The notes below the pieces were generated by a model. It ran no database searches, was not told where the DNA came from, and was given only the letters and a program-made list of their open reading frames with translations. From an uncultured Gammaproteobacteria bacterium (GTDB lineage Bacteria; Pseudomonadota; Gammaproteobacteria; Steroidobacterales; MnTg04): a stretch of DNA of 64,000 nucleotides. The DNA is taken from positions 89,227 through 153,226 of the forward strand of contig CAZMOM010000004.1 in assembly GCA_964568075.1 (NCBI GenBank). The letters run 5' to 3'. Shown here in pieces: positions 41,608 through 52,899 of this stretch. A program made the translations under genes and the position numbers. Every line of letters begins with the position of its first letter. Positions within the stretch are counted from its first letter, which is position 1.

Positions 41608-42960
41608 ATGACTGATACAGGCAGACCGCGATTCCGGTTTCCGCACCCGATGGTTCTTCTTTTTGGGGTCATCCTGCTGGCAGCACTGATGAGTTACCTG
41701 GTGCCCGCAGGACAATTCGACCGTCAGGTTGATGAGGCGACCGGGCGTACCGTCGTCGTCGCCGGAACCTATCATGAAGTTGAACAAAGCCCGGTGAACC
41801 TGTTCGCTGCGATTGTGGCGATACCCAGAGGATTGATCGCCGCTGCCGATGTGATTTTTCTGATCTTTCTGATCGGCGGCGCCTTTACCGTACTCGACGA
41901 AACCGGGACATTGCGCCGCGCGGTCTCCTCGCTGGTAAAGCATACCGGGGGCAGTCACATGGTGATTCCGATCGTGTCGCTGTTTTTCGCGATCGGTGGT
42001 GTGGTCGAAAACATGCAGGAGGAGATAATCGCCCTGGTGCCGGTACTGCTTATTCTGACCCGCCGGGTTGGCTATCGACCGGCCGTGGCCGTATCGATGA
42101 GCCTCGGAGCGGCGATGGTCGGGTCCGCGTTCAGCCCGATTAATCCCTTCCAGGTGCAGATCGCGCAGAAGCTGGCTGAGTTACCCCTTGGCTCGGGAGG
42201 TATTTTTCGACTCGTTTTTCTCGTCATGGCGCTCGCCCTCTGGATTGGCCTCACGATGCGCTATGCAGAAAGAACCCGGGTAGCCGTTCAGGCGACGGAG
42301 GACGCGGCCGGGCAGTCAATGAGCAACGGCGATGGCCTGAACCTGGGGATTGTCGCTGCAACCTTTGCAGCTGTCGTTTGGGGGATGACATCTCAGGACT
42401 GGGGATTCAACGAGCTTTCCGCAGCATTTCTCATTATGGGTATGGTCATCGGGATAGTTGGCGGCCTGGGTATATCGGGGACGGCCGACGCCTTTGTGAA
42501 GGGGTTTCGCTCGATGGCTTACGCCGCCGTTCTGGTTGGTTTTGCCCGAACGGTATTCGTGGTGCTGCAGGACGGACAGATCGTAGATACGATGATCAAT
42601 GCGATGTTCAGCCCACTGCAGGAGCTTCCGCTGCTCGTATCGGCCTTCGGCATGATGGTCGCGCAAACCGCGATTCACGTTCCAGTCTCAAGCGTCAGCG
42701 GGCAAGCGGTTCTCACGATGCCCGTGCTGGTTCCGTTATCGGACTTGCTGGGGATGTCGCGGCAGGTAACGGTGCTCGCTTACCAGTATGGTGCCGGCTT
42801 GTGCGACCTGATCACGCCAACAAATGGTGCCTTGATGGCCATTCTCAGCATCGCCGGACTGACTCTTGCGGACTGGCTCAGGTTTATGTTGCGGATGTAC
42901 CTGGGTCTTTTCGCTATCGGGCTGTTGTCCATTGGCGTGGCCATCGCTATCGGGCTGTAG
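41608..42960 (+). CDS. YfcC family (DcuC-like) membrane transporter
   Basis: 450 aa. The N-terminus (FRFPHP.VLLFGVILLAALMSYLVPAGQFDR) is typical of YfcC-family proteins, and there are many TM segments. Confidence 0.75.
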   Translation: MTDTGRPRFRFPHPMVLLFGVILLAALMSYLVPAGQFDRQVDEATGRTVVVAGTYHEVEQSPVNLFAAIVAIPRGLIAAADVIFLIFLIGGAFTVLDETGTLRRAVSSLVKHTGGSHMVIPIVSLFFAIGGVVENMQEEIIALVPVLLILTRRVGYRPAVAVSMSLGAAMVGSAFSPINPFQVQIAQKLAELPLGSGGIFRLVFLVMALALWIGLTMRYAERTRVAVQATEDAAGQSMSNGDGLNLGIVAATFAAVVWGMTSQDWGFNELSAAFLIMGMVIGIVGGLGISGTADAFVKGFRSMAYAAVLVGFARTVFVVLQDGQIVDTMINAMFSPLQELPLLVSAFGMMVAQTAIHVPVSSVSGQAVLTMPVLVPLSDLLGMSRQVTVLAYQYGAGLCDLITPTNGALMAILSIAGLTLADWLRFMLRMYLGLFAIGLLSIGVAIAIGL

Positions 42961-42990
42961 ACCCACACAGGGGAAACCCGGGAGTTGTGC

Positions 42991-43323
42991 ATGATTCAAC
43001 GGCTTTTCGTTTACGGCACACTTGCTCCCGGCCAACCCAACGAACACGTGCTGAAAGACATAAAAGGCGCCTGGGAACCAGCTTCGGTAAGAGGGCGGCT
43101 GTATCCGGTCGGCTGGGGAGCTGACTACGGCTACCCGGCGATTGTGCTTGACGACACTGCGGACGAGGTGGCTGGGTTGATATTTAATTCCAGCCATCTC
43201 GAAGGACATTGGCAGATGCTGGACGATTTCGAAGGGGATGGATATCGACGCGTACTGACGACCGCAAGAAAGGATAGCGGGTCGATTGTTGAAGTCTATA
43301 TTTATGAACTGGAGAACGAATAA
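42991..43323 (+). CDS. gamma-glutamylcyclotransferase (AIG2/GGCT-like) family protein
   Basis: LFVYGTLAPGQPNEHVL..., later G.L and YRR. ATG 42991 follows the RBS gggag. The ORF track starts at TTG 42985. Confidence 0.75.
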   Translation: MIQRLFVYGTLAPGQPNEHVLKDIKGAWEPASVRGRLYPVGWGADYGYPAIVLDDTADEVAGLIFNSSHLEGHWQMLDDFEGDGYRRVLTTARKDSGSIVEVYIYELENE

Positions 43324-43485
43324 TAATCGAGCGGTGCGGCGGGCCGGGGTGCATGATAATGCGCACTATGAGTGCGGTACATAACAACGGTGATCTCGTG
43401 GGTAAAATCCATCACGAAAATTTAGATTTATATTCTGGGATTAGAACACGGTTCAGGAGTTCAATTAACAAGAGCAGTAGTCATC

Positions 43486-43842
43486 ATGACCGAAGTCATC
43501 CTGAAAAGATTTGCAGAGCCCGACGAAGTCACTCTTTTTGCAAAGGGCAGGTTCGAGACCGTCACGCTCGGCGGAATGACCATCGGCCGGGCGACATACG
43601 AGCCCGGCTGGAAGTGGTCGGTCGATGTCGGCCCCGGTATTGGCGAGCCGTACTGCACCGTCGAGCATGTCGGAATGGTCATCTCGGGAACCGCAACCGC
43701 CGCATTTGCCGATGGCAGGGCAACGGAATTGAAAGCGGGTGATGTTTTTTACGTGCCGGCCGAACCACACGACAGTTGGGTCGTTGGCGACGAACCCTAT
43801 GTTTCGCTCCATTTTTTGGGGGCAGCGAAATACGCAAAGTAG
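43486..43842 (+). CDS. cupin domain protein
   Basis: 118 aa with the cupin-like blocks CTVEHVGMVISG and AGDVFYVPAEPHDSW. Confidence 0.65.
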   Translation: MTEVILKRFAEPDEVTLFAKGRFETVTLGGMTIGRATYEPGWKWSVDVGPGIGEPYCTVEHVGMVISGTATAAFADGRATELKAGDVFYVPAEPHDSWVVGDEPYVSLHFLGAAKYAK

Positions 43843-43859
43843 ATTCGCCGGGAGCATCG

Positions 43860-44489
43860 ATGACTGATATCGCTGGCGGGACGGCCTACCGGATCGAGAC
43901 CGAGCGCTTGCTGATCCGGTGCTGGTCTCCGCAAGATGCACCGCTATTACGGGCAGCTCTTGATGAGTCCGATCAGCATCTGCGGCCATGGATCCCATGG
44001 ATGAAGGATGAACCCAAATCGTTGAATGAGACGGTTTCGTGGTTGCAGACAAAGCGAGCCAACTTCGACTTAAGGAAAGATTTCTGGTACGCGATCTTTG
44101 ATGCAACCGGTGACACGCTGCTTGGTGAAATCGGCCTGATGACGCGCGCGGGTCCTGGCGCCCGGGAAATTGGCTACTGGATCAGCAAATCGAGTGAAGG
44201 CCAGGGCTATACGTCGGAGGCAACCGCGGCCATGATCAAGGTGGCGTTTGAAATCGACAATGTCTCCCGCATCGAAATATATTGTGCGCCTGAGAATGAA
44301 CCCAGTGTCGCGATCCCCAGGAAGTTGGGTTTTCTCCACGAGGCCACGCTCGCCAGCCGGTATACGGATAGCGAAGGAGACGTCCACGACACGATGGTCT
44401 GGACTTTGTTTGCTGCGGCTTATTCCGGGTCGAGTGCCAAAAAGATCGTTCTTGCGGCATTTGATTGTCTTGGGCAAAAAATTCTTTGA
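43860..44489 (+). CDS. GNAT family N-acetyltransferase (RimJ/RimL-like)
   Basis: IETERLLIRCW, GEIGL and GYWISKSSEGQGYTSEA. ATG 43860 follows the RBS gggag. The ORF-track start at 43776 overlaps the cupin gene. Confidence 0.8.
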   Translation: MTDIAGGTAYRIETERLLIRCWSPQDAPLLRAALDESDQHLRPWIPWMKDEPKSLNETVSWLQTKRANFDLRKDFWYAIFDATGDTLLGEIGLMTRAGPGAREIGYWISKSSEGQGYTSEATAAMIKVAFEIDNVSRIEIYCAPENEPSVAIPRKLGFLHEATLASRYTDSEGDVHDTMVWTLFAAAYSGSSAKKIVLAAFDCLGQKIL

Positions 44490-44563
44490 GCCGTCCGGGA
44501 AGAAAACCCTCGTCTGCAAGCGTATTATAGTGGGCTTTCGGAGCCCCAATATGGAGTGTTCGC

Positions 44564-45292
44564 ATGAGTGTTGACAGCCTCGCGGCCTACGATGTGCCGG
44601 AACGGGTCAAATCCTATGACGCCGATATGGATGTTATGCACCCGCTTCGCCACGAAATGATCGAAGTGGTTCTGGAGACTTTGCCCTTCGCAGCGGACAG
44701 CGAACTAAGGGTCATGGATCTGGGCGCCGGCACCGGGATTTTTTCTGCGCGAGTGCTCGAACGATTTGCGAATGCCAGCGTTCTTGCCGTTGACGGAGCG
44801 GCCGCGATGGTCGACCTGGCAACCGGCCGTATGGGGCCGCTGGCGGACCGGATGGAATGGGTGACAGCCGACTTTAGAAAGTTACCGGCGGAAACCGTCG
44901 AGCCCGGCAGTTACGATCTCTTTATTTCCTCCTACGCACTTCATCATCTGAATGCGGACGAAAAATCGGCACTGCTGCGAACAATATTTTCCGCGCTCAA
45001 GCCCGGGGGATGGTTGTTTAATGCTGATATCGTCGTCGCCGAGAGCGAGGTGATGGAGCAGCGCTTCCAGCAACTCAGGATTGAAGGCGTTACCTCCCGG
45101 GCGGCGGAGGGAGACAAACGATTTTCCAATGCCGAAACCACTCGTACCTACCTGACGGAAATGGAAATTGCGGAAAACGATCAGCCGCAGACGGCCGCCA
45201 TGGATTTGGCGATTATTCGCGAGGCGGGATTCGCCAGCGCCGAGATTCTGTGGAAAAAATTCCGGGAAGTCGTGATTGGTGGATCAAAATAG
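44564..45292 (+). CDS. class I SAM-dependent methyltransferase
   Basis: Motif I VMDLGAGTGIFS, plus later DLFISSYALHHL and LKPGGWL. Confidence 0.85.
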   Translation: MSVDSLAAYDVPERVKSYDADMDVMHPLRHEMIEVVLETLPFAADSELRVMDLGAGTGIFSARVLERFANASVLAVDGAAAMVDLATGRMGPLADRMEWVTADFRKLPAETVEPGSYDLFISSYALHHLNADEKSALLRTIFSALKPGGWLFNADIVVAESEVMEQRFQQLRIEGVTSRAAEGDKRFSNAETTRTYLTEMEIAENDQPQTAAMDLAIIREAGFASAEILWKKFREVVIGGSK

Positions 45293-45344
45293 AACACGCT
45301 GGTGATGTCGGAAACCACGAGCGCGTTATCAATCGCAGTCATTG

Positions 45345-45717
45345 GTGACAGATCTTATTAAAAAACTTCAGATAAAAGACGGTATGCATGGAGCGGTGTT
45401 TGAATTACCGCTCGAAGTCGATCTGGGGGTACCGGACAGCACGCGGAGCGACCCGGATTTTTGCGATAGCGTTCGTCAGCCGTTCCGTCAATGTTAAGCG
45501 TCTGATTGAACCCGGGACGGACACCCTGAAAGAGGACGGCATTCTTTGGTTTTGCTACCCGAAGAAAAGTACGGGCATAAAAACAGATATCAGTCGCGAT
45601 CTGGGCTGGGAACCGTTATGGGCGATGGGCTATCAGGGAGTCCGGCAGATTTCCATAGATTCGGTCTGGTCGGCGCTGCGTTTTCGAGAAAAGAGATTCG
45701 TCCACAAGTCGAAATGA
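45345..45717 (+). pseudogene. small conserved-looking gene split by a +1 frameshift in a T5 run
   Basis: Frame A (45345-45497) reads VTDLIKKLQIKDGMHGAVFELPLEVDLGVPDSTRSDPDF... Frame B (ORF 45388..45717) continues ...FAIAFVSRSVNVKRLIEPGTDTLKEDGILWFCYPKKSTGIKTDISRD. Removing one T from ttttt (45458-45462) joins them into a single ORF of about 123 aa. Confidence 0.5.
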
Positions 45718-45774
45718 GCATCAAATGACGTAGTTGGCAATCTGTTGGCACCGGTCAAAATGGGGGATACCTAA

Positions 45775-46164
45775 ATGACTACCGAGCTTAACTACCTGAC
45801 CTGGATAACGGCATTGACCGCGTTTATGTGGATGCCCTATATCCTCAATTCGATCAAGGTACGCGGATTGCTGAACACGGTCAGCTATCCCGAGTTTCCT
45901 CAGCCTTTGGCATCCTGGGCCACGCGAATGAAAGCCGCGCATACGAATGCAGTGGAAAATCTGGCTGTCTTCGCGACGCTCGTTCTGATCGCTCATGTTG
46001 CCAGTATCAGCAACGAGGCGACGGTAACCGCCTGCGCCGTATATTTCTGGGCAAGATTGTTTCATTTCATTATTTACAGCATGCGTATCCCGTGGCTGAG
46101 GACTTTTTCCTTTGTTGCGGGTTTTGGCGCCCAGGTAACGCTGGCCTGGCAAATTCTTTCCTGA
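45775..46164 (+). CDS. MAPEG family membrane protein
   Basis: 129 aa with 4 hydrophobic helices and the motif AHTNAVENLAVFA. Confidence 0.75.
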   Translation: MTTELNYLTWITALTAFMWMPYILNSIKVRGLLNTVSYPEFPQPLASWATRMKAAHTNAVENLAVFATLVLIAHVASISNEATVTACAVYFWARLFHFIIYSMRIPWLRTFSFVAGFGAQVTLAWQILS

Positions 46165-46265
46165 TTTGAAATGAACCGGATTACAGATTCCAACCGGGCG
46201 TCGGACCAGGTTTCGGTGAACTGTTTTGCGTTACGAGTGGGCAACCAGACGGGCCGGAGCTTTTC

Positions 46266-47093
46266 TTGAAAACAAACGACGTCGTGCTAATTGGAATCTG
46301 CTCGGATGATAATTCGTCGTTCATGAAAGGGTCGGCTGAGGCGCCGGCAAAAATTCGCGAGGTGCTTCATAACGGCTCGGCCAACCTTGTATCGGAAATG
46401 GGCTGCGACCTGCACGAAAATTCCCGATTCGTCGATCTGGGCGATCGCGAAATAGAATCCGGCCCCGACGCTTTTATGAAAATCGAGCAATATATAGCCG
46501 AAATTCTCGATAGCGGCGCGTTGCCACTGAGTCTGGGCGGCGATCATGCGATCACCTATCCGATCATGCGGGCGGTTCACGCCAGGCACGGACCGGTCGG
46601 TATTTTGCATTTCGATGCGCATCCGGATCTGTATGACGAATATGGAGGGAATCGTCTCTCTCATGCCTGTCCGTTCGCCCGGATCATGGAAAACGGTTTG
46701 GCTTCCCGCCTGGTGCAGGTCGGGATCAGGACACTGAACGGGCATCAGAGAGAGCAGGCCGAACGGTTTGGCGTAGAGGTCCACGAGATGAGGAATTTTG
46801 ACTCATCGTCGTTTGCCCCTGACTTCGATGGCCCGGTTTACCTGACCATAGATTTGGACGTCTTTGACCCGGCTTATGCTCCGGGCGTGTCGCATCACGA
46901 GCCGGGGGGGTTGTCCGTCAGAGACGTGATCGGCATTATTCATCGCATGCGGGGAGCGGTCATCGGGGCCGATATCGTCGAATACAACCCAGGGCGTGAT
47001 ATCAATGACATAACTGCAACAGTAGCCGCAAAGCTATTAAAGGAAGTTGGCGGCAGGATGATCGCCGACAGCGACCAGGTTTCTTGCCGCTGA
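46266..47093 (+). CDS. agmatinase / ureohydrolase (arginase family)
   Basis: Mn-binding motifs GGDHAITYP, HFDAHPDL, DLDVFDPAYAPGVS and EPGGL. The start codon is TTG. Confidence 0.88.
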   Translation: MKTNDVVLIGICSDDNSSFMKGSAEAPAKIREVLHNGSANLVSEMGCDLHENSRFVDLGDREIESGPDAFMKIEQYIAEILDSGALPLSLGGDHAITYPIMRAVHARHGPVGILHFDAHPDLYDEYGGNRLSHACPFARIMENGLASRLVQVGIRTLNGHQREQAERFGVEVHEMRNFDSSSFAPDFDGPVYLTIDLDVFDPAYAPGVSHHEPGGLSVRDVIGIIHRMRGAVIGADIVEYNPGRDINDITATVAAKLLKEVGGRMIADSDQVSCR

Positions 47094-47111
47094 ACCCAGA
47101 GGATAAACATC

Positions 47112-47495
47112 ATGCATCGCAGTCGACTGGCCGGATTCATTATTGATTGCGACACCGAGGACCTGGACGAGGCTGCAGAGTTTTGGAGCAAGGCGCTCGG
47201 TTATCCGCTGTCGCGCAGCGACGATCCAGCTGAAAAAGACTATGTCATGCTGGTTACACCGGCCGACGAGGTTCATATCGAGGTGCAAAAAGTCAGTCAC
47301 TCGAGTCGTCTGCACCTGGATATCGAAACCGACGATATTGAGGCTGAAGTTGCGCGGCTTGAAAAACTCGGCGCGAAGCGCGTTGCCAAAATAAGGCGCT
47401 GGTGCGTCATGGAAGCGCCGACCGGTCAGCGCTTTTGCGTGGTTAATGCGACTCGCCGTGATTTCAAATCCGCAGCCAGCACCTGGGACGACTGA
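47112..47495 (+). CDS. VOC (glyoxalase/bleomycin-resistance fold) family protein
   Basis: 127 aa with LAGFIIDC...A..FW...LGY, HLDIETDD.EAEVARLE.LGA and APTGQRFCVV. Confidence 0.7.
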   Translation: MHRSRLAGFIIDCDTEDLDEAAEFWSKALGYPLSRSDDPAEKDYVMLVTPADEVHIEVQKVSHSSRLHLDIETDDIEAEVARLEKLGAKRVAKIRRWCVMEAPTGQRFCVVNATRRDFKSAASTWDD

Positions 47496-47510
47496 CAACA
47501 AATCATCCTG

Positions 47511-47562
47511 CGTCAGCCCTCACCCAGAATCCATGATTCCTGGTGAAATACGCTGGCTGACG
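47511..47562. repeat. hairpin carrying a partial copy of the right arm of the 26.1-26.4 kb element
   Basis: cgtcagcc (47511-18) pairs with ggctgacg (47555-62). Inside the loop, agccctcacccagaatcc (47515-32) and tggtgaaata (47541-50) are identical to 26347-64 and 26373-82. Confidence 0.6.
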
Positions 47563-47623
47563 TTCCAATTTTCTACGGGCTGCAGGCAAGGTATGATTAC
47601 GAACTCGTGTTGAATGGACTCAT

Positions 47624-48994
47624 ATGCCACTGAATATCGTCATACTCGCCGCCGGACAAGGCACCCGTATGAAATCGGATCTGCCCAAGGTTTTGCAGCC
47701 ATTGGCGGGCCGGCCGATGCTGGAACATGTATTGGAGCGATGCTCTGGTCTGGGTGCCGGGTCAGTGCGCGTTGTCTATGGGTATGGCGGAGACCTGGTG
47801 CCGCAGGCCTTGGCCGACTGGCCGGTCGAGTGGATTTTGCAGGAGCAACAACTGGGCACGGGCCATGCGGTTGGCCAGGCGATGCCGGGTATTGCCGATA
47901 AAGGCCTGGTCCTGGTCCTGTACGGAGATGTTCCGCTGATCAGGGAAAGCACCCTTGACGAATTGCTGGAAAAAGCGGGCTCCGGATCGCTGGCCTTACT
48001 CAGCGTCATTCTAACCGACCCGACCGGGTATGGCCGGGTCATCAGAAACGATCGGGGCCAGGTGCAAAAAATTGTCGAGCAAAAGGAAGCCAGGGAGACG
48101 GAATTAAAGGTGTGCGAGGTTAATACTGGCATACTGGCTTGCCCGGCCGAACGCCTCAGGGACTGGCTGGGTAAACTGGGCAACGACAACTCGCAGGGCG
48201 AATATTATCTGACCGACGTCATCGCGATGGCGGTGGCGGATCAATACCCGGTAGACGTACTGATCGCTCCGGGCGAAATCGAGGTAATGGGTGTGAATGA
48301 CAAACGACAACTGGCGGAAATGGAGTCGGCGAATCGTGCTGAAAAGGCTGCCGGCCTGATGCGCGCTGGCGTGACCCTGCTTGACCCGGCGCGGGTGGAT
48401 GTGCGTGGAAAACTGAGCTGTGGCCGTGATGTGGTCATCGACATCAATGCAATTTTCGAAGGCGACGTAGAACTGGGCGATGGCGTTCACATCGGCCCAA
48501 ATGTCATCGTTCGGAACTCAAAGCTTGGTGCGGGCTGCACAGTGCATGCGAATACCGTCATCGAAGATGCAGAGATCGGCAAGTTCTGCGAACTGGGCCC
48601 ATTTGCCAGGGTCCGCCCTGGGACAGTTCTCGAAGCGACGGTGAAGCTGGGTAACTTCGTCGAAGTCAAGAAAAGTCATATCGGCAAAGGCAGCAAGGTG
48701 AATCACCTTAGCTATATCGGCGACACCGAGATCGGCGAGCGCGTGAACATCGGCGCAGGATTGATTACCTGCAATTACGATGGCGCCAACAAATTCAAGA
48801 CGACCATAGAGGACGATGTGTTCATCGGCTCCGGCGTCGAGCTGGTTGCACCGGTAACCGTGGAGAAAGGGGCGACTATCGGTGCTGGCTCCACGATCAG
48901 CGAGAGCGCCCCGGCGAATGAGTTGACGGTGGCGCGCAGCAGACAGACGACAGTCGAAGGCTGGAAAAACCCACGGAAGAAAGCTAAGGAATAG
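47624..48994 (+). CDS. glmU: bifunctional UDP-N-acetylglucosamine pyrophosphorylase / GlcN-1-P acetyltransferase GlmU
   Basis: The N-terminal motif ILAAGQGTRMKS.LPKVL and C-terminal hexapeptide repeats. Confidence 0.96.
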   Translation: MPLNIVILAAGQGTRMKSDLPKVLQPLAGRPMLEHVLERCSGLGAGSVRVVYGYGGDLVPQALADWPVEWILQEQQLGTGHAVGQAMPGIADKGLVLVLYGDVPLIRESTLDELLEKAGSGSLALLSVILTDPTGYGRVIRNDRGQVQKIVEQKEARETELKVCEVNTGILACPAERLRDWLGKLGNDNSQGEYYLTDVIAMAVADQYPVDVLIAPGEIEVMGVNDKRQLAEMESANRAEKAAGLMRAGVTLLDPARVDVRGKLSCGRDVVIDINAIFEGDVELGDGVHIGPNVIVRNSKLGAGCTVHANTVIEDAEIGKFCELGPFARVRPGTVLEATVKLGNFVEVKKSHIGKGSKVNHLSYIGDTEIGERVNIGAGLITCNYDGANKFKTTIEDDVFIGSGVELVAPVTVEKGATIGAGSTISESAPANELTVARSRQTTVEGWKNPRKKAKE

Positions 48995-49005
48995 CGAGGA
49001 AGCGT

Positions 49006-50841
<1,836 letters not shown>

Positions 50842-50922
50842 TTCGAGTCGGTAAGACCCGATTCCCAGGTAGTGCCGACACGACTGACCGTGTGGATATA
50901 AACCCTGCGCTTCTGACACAGC

Positions 50923-50968
50923 ATTTAACGGTGTTATATTGCTCCATCTTTAGAATTAACTGTTAGGT
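50923..50968 (+). repeat. short attC-like or attI-like remnant preceding the first cassette
   Basis: atttaac (50923-29) ... gttaggt (50962-68). At 46 bp it is shorter than typical attC sites. Confidence 0.3.
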
Positions 50969-50980
50969 GGTGCAAAGACT

Positions 50981-51547
50981 GTGCGCAAGATTCTGGTCGC
51001 AATAATTCTTTCAGTCCCGTTCTTAATATCTGCGTCTGGCGAGGAACTAGACAAGTGGGAAGCTGCCGATCGGGAAACCGTACGACTTCCGCCTAGCGAT
51101 TTTCCGAACCTGCCAAAAAGCGTGAGAAACGATCTCGACGCACGGGGTTGTACGATTCCACAGGTATATTGCTGCAACCGCCAGCCGCACAATGTAATTA
51201 GCGGGCACTTCAAGAAATCCGGTCAGGTTGATTGGGCGGTCCTTTGTTCAATCGACCGCCAGTCAACTCTACTCGTCTATTGGGGCGGATCTGCTGAGAC
51301 CGTTTCGGAGCTATCAACTTCGGCCGACCAGCACTGGTTGCAGGGTATCGGCGGCGACAACGTTGGATTCGACCACGGTATCTCAACCGTTGATGCAAAG
51401 TACATAACGGTTCATGCTCGCTCGTACGGTGGCGAAGTACCGGCGGTACTCGATCATGAAGGGATCGATGACGGGTACATGGGAAAGGCTTCCATCGTCC
51501 GTTACTGGTTTGAAGGCGAGTGGCTTATATTGCGGGGAGCGGATTGA
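50981..51547 (+). CDS. cassette 1: secreted protein, unknown function
   Basis: 188 aa with a GTG start and the signal peptide MRKILVAIILSVPFLISASG. No recognised domain. Confidence 0.65.
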   Translation: MRKILVAIILSVPFLISASGEELDKWEAADRETVRLPPSDFPNLPKSVRNDLDARGCTIPQVYCCNRQPHNVISGHFKKSGQVDWAVLCSIDRQSTLLVYWGGSAETVSELSTSADQHWLQGIGGDNVGFDHGISTVDAKYITVHARSYGGEVPAVLDHEGIDDGYMGKASIVRYWFEGEWLILRGAD

Positions 51548-51557
51548 TCACAACACC

Positions 51558-51657
51558 ACCTAACCAGGCGCTGAACTTGACACCAAGCATCTGTCACGCA
51601 GCTTGCATACGCAACCTACGCGCCAGATACTTGGCGCAAGTTAGCTAAACGTTAGGT
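51558..51657 (+). repeat. integron attC site 1
   Basis: ACCTAAC (51558-64) and its perfect complement GTTAGGT (51651-57). The inner arms gctgaacttg..ccaag / cttggcgcaagttagc pair with bulges and are separated from the core boxes by about 5 unpaired nt. Confidence 0.8.
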
Positions 51658-51772
51658 GGCATAGTCGACATTGTGCCGTTCCCGTGTCCGCTTCCGACCC
51701 AAAGCGAACCTTCGACATTCAATGTCACGATTGCCTAAGTTATAAAAAGTACGAGTTAACGAACAATCCGAC

Positions 51773-52273
51773 ATGGAACCTAAATACATCGCAAGAATAC
51801 TATTACTAATTGTTTTCGCGACGATTCTAATCGGCTGTGAACGACGTCCAGAGATAATCTTGGATCGAATGCTTCAAGCGGAAAATCTTGAGGAATTTAA
51901 TAGGTACGCAGAACGGGCTCGAGCACTTGAACAAGATGGCATTCCCTTATTATTGGCAGTACTCGAGGACAGTCTGACGACCCGCTACAGCCTGCTTAGT
52001 TACGGTAAGACAAATACCTGCCTTATGCATCTGCACGAACTGGCATCTGAGGGGATTTACACGGTTGAGGAAGTTCCGACGTTGCTTCGGGTGATCAACG
52101 AGCAGATCGCGATTATGGATACGCTCGTCACGGCGGAGATTCTTGAAATGATTACCGGAGTTGATGTTGGTTATGATGAGGAGTTCGCTACTAGCTACGC
52201 GCCCAGCGATAATGCAAAGCGAGAAAGAATGATTACCGATTGGGAACGCTGGTATGAAGCAGCGTCAAAATAG
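51773..52273 (+). CDS. cassette 2: putative lipoprotein, unknown function
   Basis: 166 aa with the lipobox-like LIGC after a hydrophobic N-terminus. No recognised domain. Confidence 0.65.
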   Translation: MEPKYIARILLLIVFATILIGCERRPEIILDRMLQAENLEEFNRYAERARALEQDGIPLLLAVLEDSLTTRYSLLSYGKTNTCLMHLHELASEGIYTVEEVPTLLRVINEQIAIMDTLVTAEILEMITGVDVGYDEEFATSYAPSDNAKRERMITDWERWYEAASK

Positions 52274-52295
52274 CTCAATGGTCTCGCGATATGCC

Positions 52296-52398
52296 ATCTA
52301 ACCAGGCGCTGCACTGGCCGCCTTTCCGTATCTGTCACGCCGCTTGCATACGCAATAGCCGCGCCAGATACTGGGCGCAAGTGAGCTAAACGTTAGAA
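52296..52398 (+). repeat. integron attC site 2
   Basis: ATCTAAC (52296-302) ... GTTAGAA (52392-98). The internal sequence is nearly identical to that of attC 1 and attC 4. Confidence 0.75.
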
Positions 52399-52409
52399 GG
52401 CGCAAGCAC

Positions 52410-52865
52410 ATGCCAATAGAATTCGACAATGTAGATCACTGCGAGGACTTTATTCGTCTCAACGAGCAATGGATCTCTGAGCACTTCTCAATCGAGGAGT
52501 CCGATCGCAAGTTGGCCGCCAATCCATTTAGGATCGTCTCCGACGGAGGTCATATCATAAGCCTGGTTGAGAATGGTTGTGTCATTGGTGTATGCGCACT
52601 GTTCAAGATCAGTGAGGATCGCTATGAACTCGCGCGAATGGCCGTAGAGCCCAGCGAGAGAGGCAAGGGTTACGGCGAGGCACTGATCACCGCGGCCCTC
52701 AGTCGTGCGCGCGACAAAGGAGCCTCAAACATATACCTCAACTCAAATACGGTGCTTGCTCCTGCTATCGCTCTTTATCGCAAGCATGGGTTTAAAACAG
52801 TGTCGGAAGGACCTCATGCGGAGTACGCTCGCTGCAACATCGTGATGGAATTGCGCTGGAAGTGA
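52410..52865 (+). CDS. cassette 3: GNAT family N-acetyltransferase
   Basis: 151 aa with RMAVEPSERGKGYGEALI (acetyl-CoA binding Q/RxxGxG/A) and ALYRKHGF. Confidence 0.8.
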   Translation: MPIEFDNVDHCEDFIRLNEQWISEHFSIEESDRKLAANPFRIVSDGGHIISLVENGCVIGVCALFKISEDRYELARMAVEPSERGKGYGEALITAALSRARDKGASNIYLNSNTVLAPAIALYRKHGFKTVSEGPHAEYARCNIVMELRWK

Positions 52866-52899
52866 CGCTCCAAAAGACGGCGAGCGCGGGAGTGGCGCC

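Noticed and set aside
50842-50980. A Tn7-like transposon end at the attTn7 position downstream of glmS (tgtggatataaacc at about 50891).
   Set aside because: Only a weak resemblance to the TGT... terminal motif. I could not see repeated TnsB-binding sites, and there are no tnsABCDE-like genes anywhere in the window.
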